Source: Dehalococcoidia bacterium
Lineage (GTDB): Bacteria; Chloroflexota; Dehalococcoidia; Lucifugimonadales; UBA3495
DNA: 64,000 nt
Direction of reading: 5' to 3'
NCBI GenBank assembly: GCA_965220305.1
Contig: OZ244817.1
Location: 1,571,919 to 1,635,918, forward strand
Part shown: positions 63,862-64,000 of the stretch, piece by piece
Layout of the letters: each line of letters opens with the position of its first letter
Position numbering within the stretch: position 1 is the stretch's first letter
Program-made: the position numbers and the translations under genes
Notes under the pieces: generated by a model
What the model was told of the DNA's origin: nothing
Seen by the model: only the letters and a program-made list of their open reading frames with translations
Databases searched by the model: none

Positions 63862-64000
63862 ATTTGAAGCCACCCAGTTGATTTTGCGCCACGTGGGCAA
63901 CCGGCCTATCGTCAGCAACCTGGGACCAACCACCGACGAACTGTGGCACGCCCAGCACCGGGACCGCAATTTCTACACCTACGGCAACATGGGGTTGTGT
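63854..64000 (+). CDS. 5' part of the matching beta (PP-binding) subunit, cut by the window edge
   Basis: TTG 63854 after GGAGGT. Reads LHRFEATQLILRHVGNRPIVSNLGPTTDELWHAQHRDRNFYTYGNMGLC; overlaps the alpha-subunit stop by 8 nt. Confidence 0.5.
   Translation, partial: MHRFEATQLILRHVGNRPIVSNLGPTTDELWHAQHRDRNFYTYGNMGLC

Overview
This is a high-GC bacterial chromosomal segment. Hand counts of typical lines give about 62-65% G+C. GTG/TTG starts and 4-nt ATGA gene overlaps are frequent, and the intergenic regions are packed with short palindromic repeats. I support about 58 protein-coding genes, 2 tRNAs (Ser-UGA, Pro-GGG), one 184-bp MITE family (3 copies with 10-bp target-site duplications) and several REP-like repeat families. 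There is no rRNA, CRISPR array, transposase or integrase. All family assignments come from reading the translations and recalling motifs; no searches were run.

Layout:
- 1-20.9 kb: housekeeping and miscellaneous genes. These include citrate synthase, a DUF1800/DUF1501 pair, an orphan xanthine-dehydrogenase-type Mo subunit, an SppA-like operon, moaDE, and a coiled-coil protein carrying 8 perfect 21-bp in-frame repeats.
- 21.1-31.6 kb: a complete same-strand hopanoid cluster (polyprenyl synthase, hpnH, hpnG, hpnA, shc, a translationally coupled yjbQ, hpnC, hpnD, hpnE). An aldolase / SDR / nucleoside-hydrolase trio follows it.
- 35-38 kb: ppdK.
- 39-54 kb: an accessory, defence-flavoured stretch. 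It holds a roughly 2.2-kb low-GC islet with an AIPR abortive-infection gene and a tightly coupled small ORF. Next to it is a chimeric ORF created by a 51-bp duplication of the neighbouring aldo/keto reductase start region. It also holds a DUF433/DUF5615 toxin-antitoxin pair with an unusual 7 x 17-aa repeat extension, a roughly 1040-codon fused endonuclease-methyltransferase (type IIG/IIL-like) broken by a single-base frameshift, and a HicB/HicA-like pair.
- 55-64 kb: divergent DUF4349 lipoprotein paralogues around tRNA-Pro, then a cluster of two CoA-transferases, a flavin reductase and a split TPP decarboxylase.

The best candidates for something undescribed are the AIPR islet with its two uncharacterised partner ORFs, yjbQ plus the downstream trio as hopanoid accessory genes, and the perfect-heptad expansion protein. 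Taxonomy cannot be fixed from the sequence. The gene content (many CaiB-type CoA-transferases, SDRs, DUF1800/1501) is compatible with a Chloroflexota-like organism, but that is only an inference.
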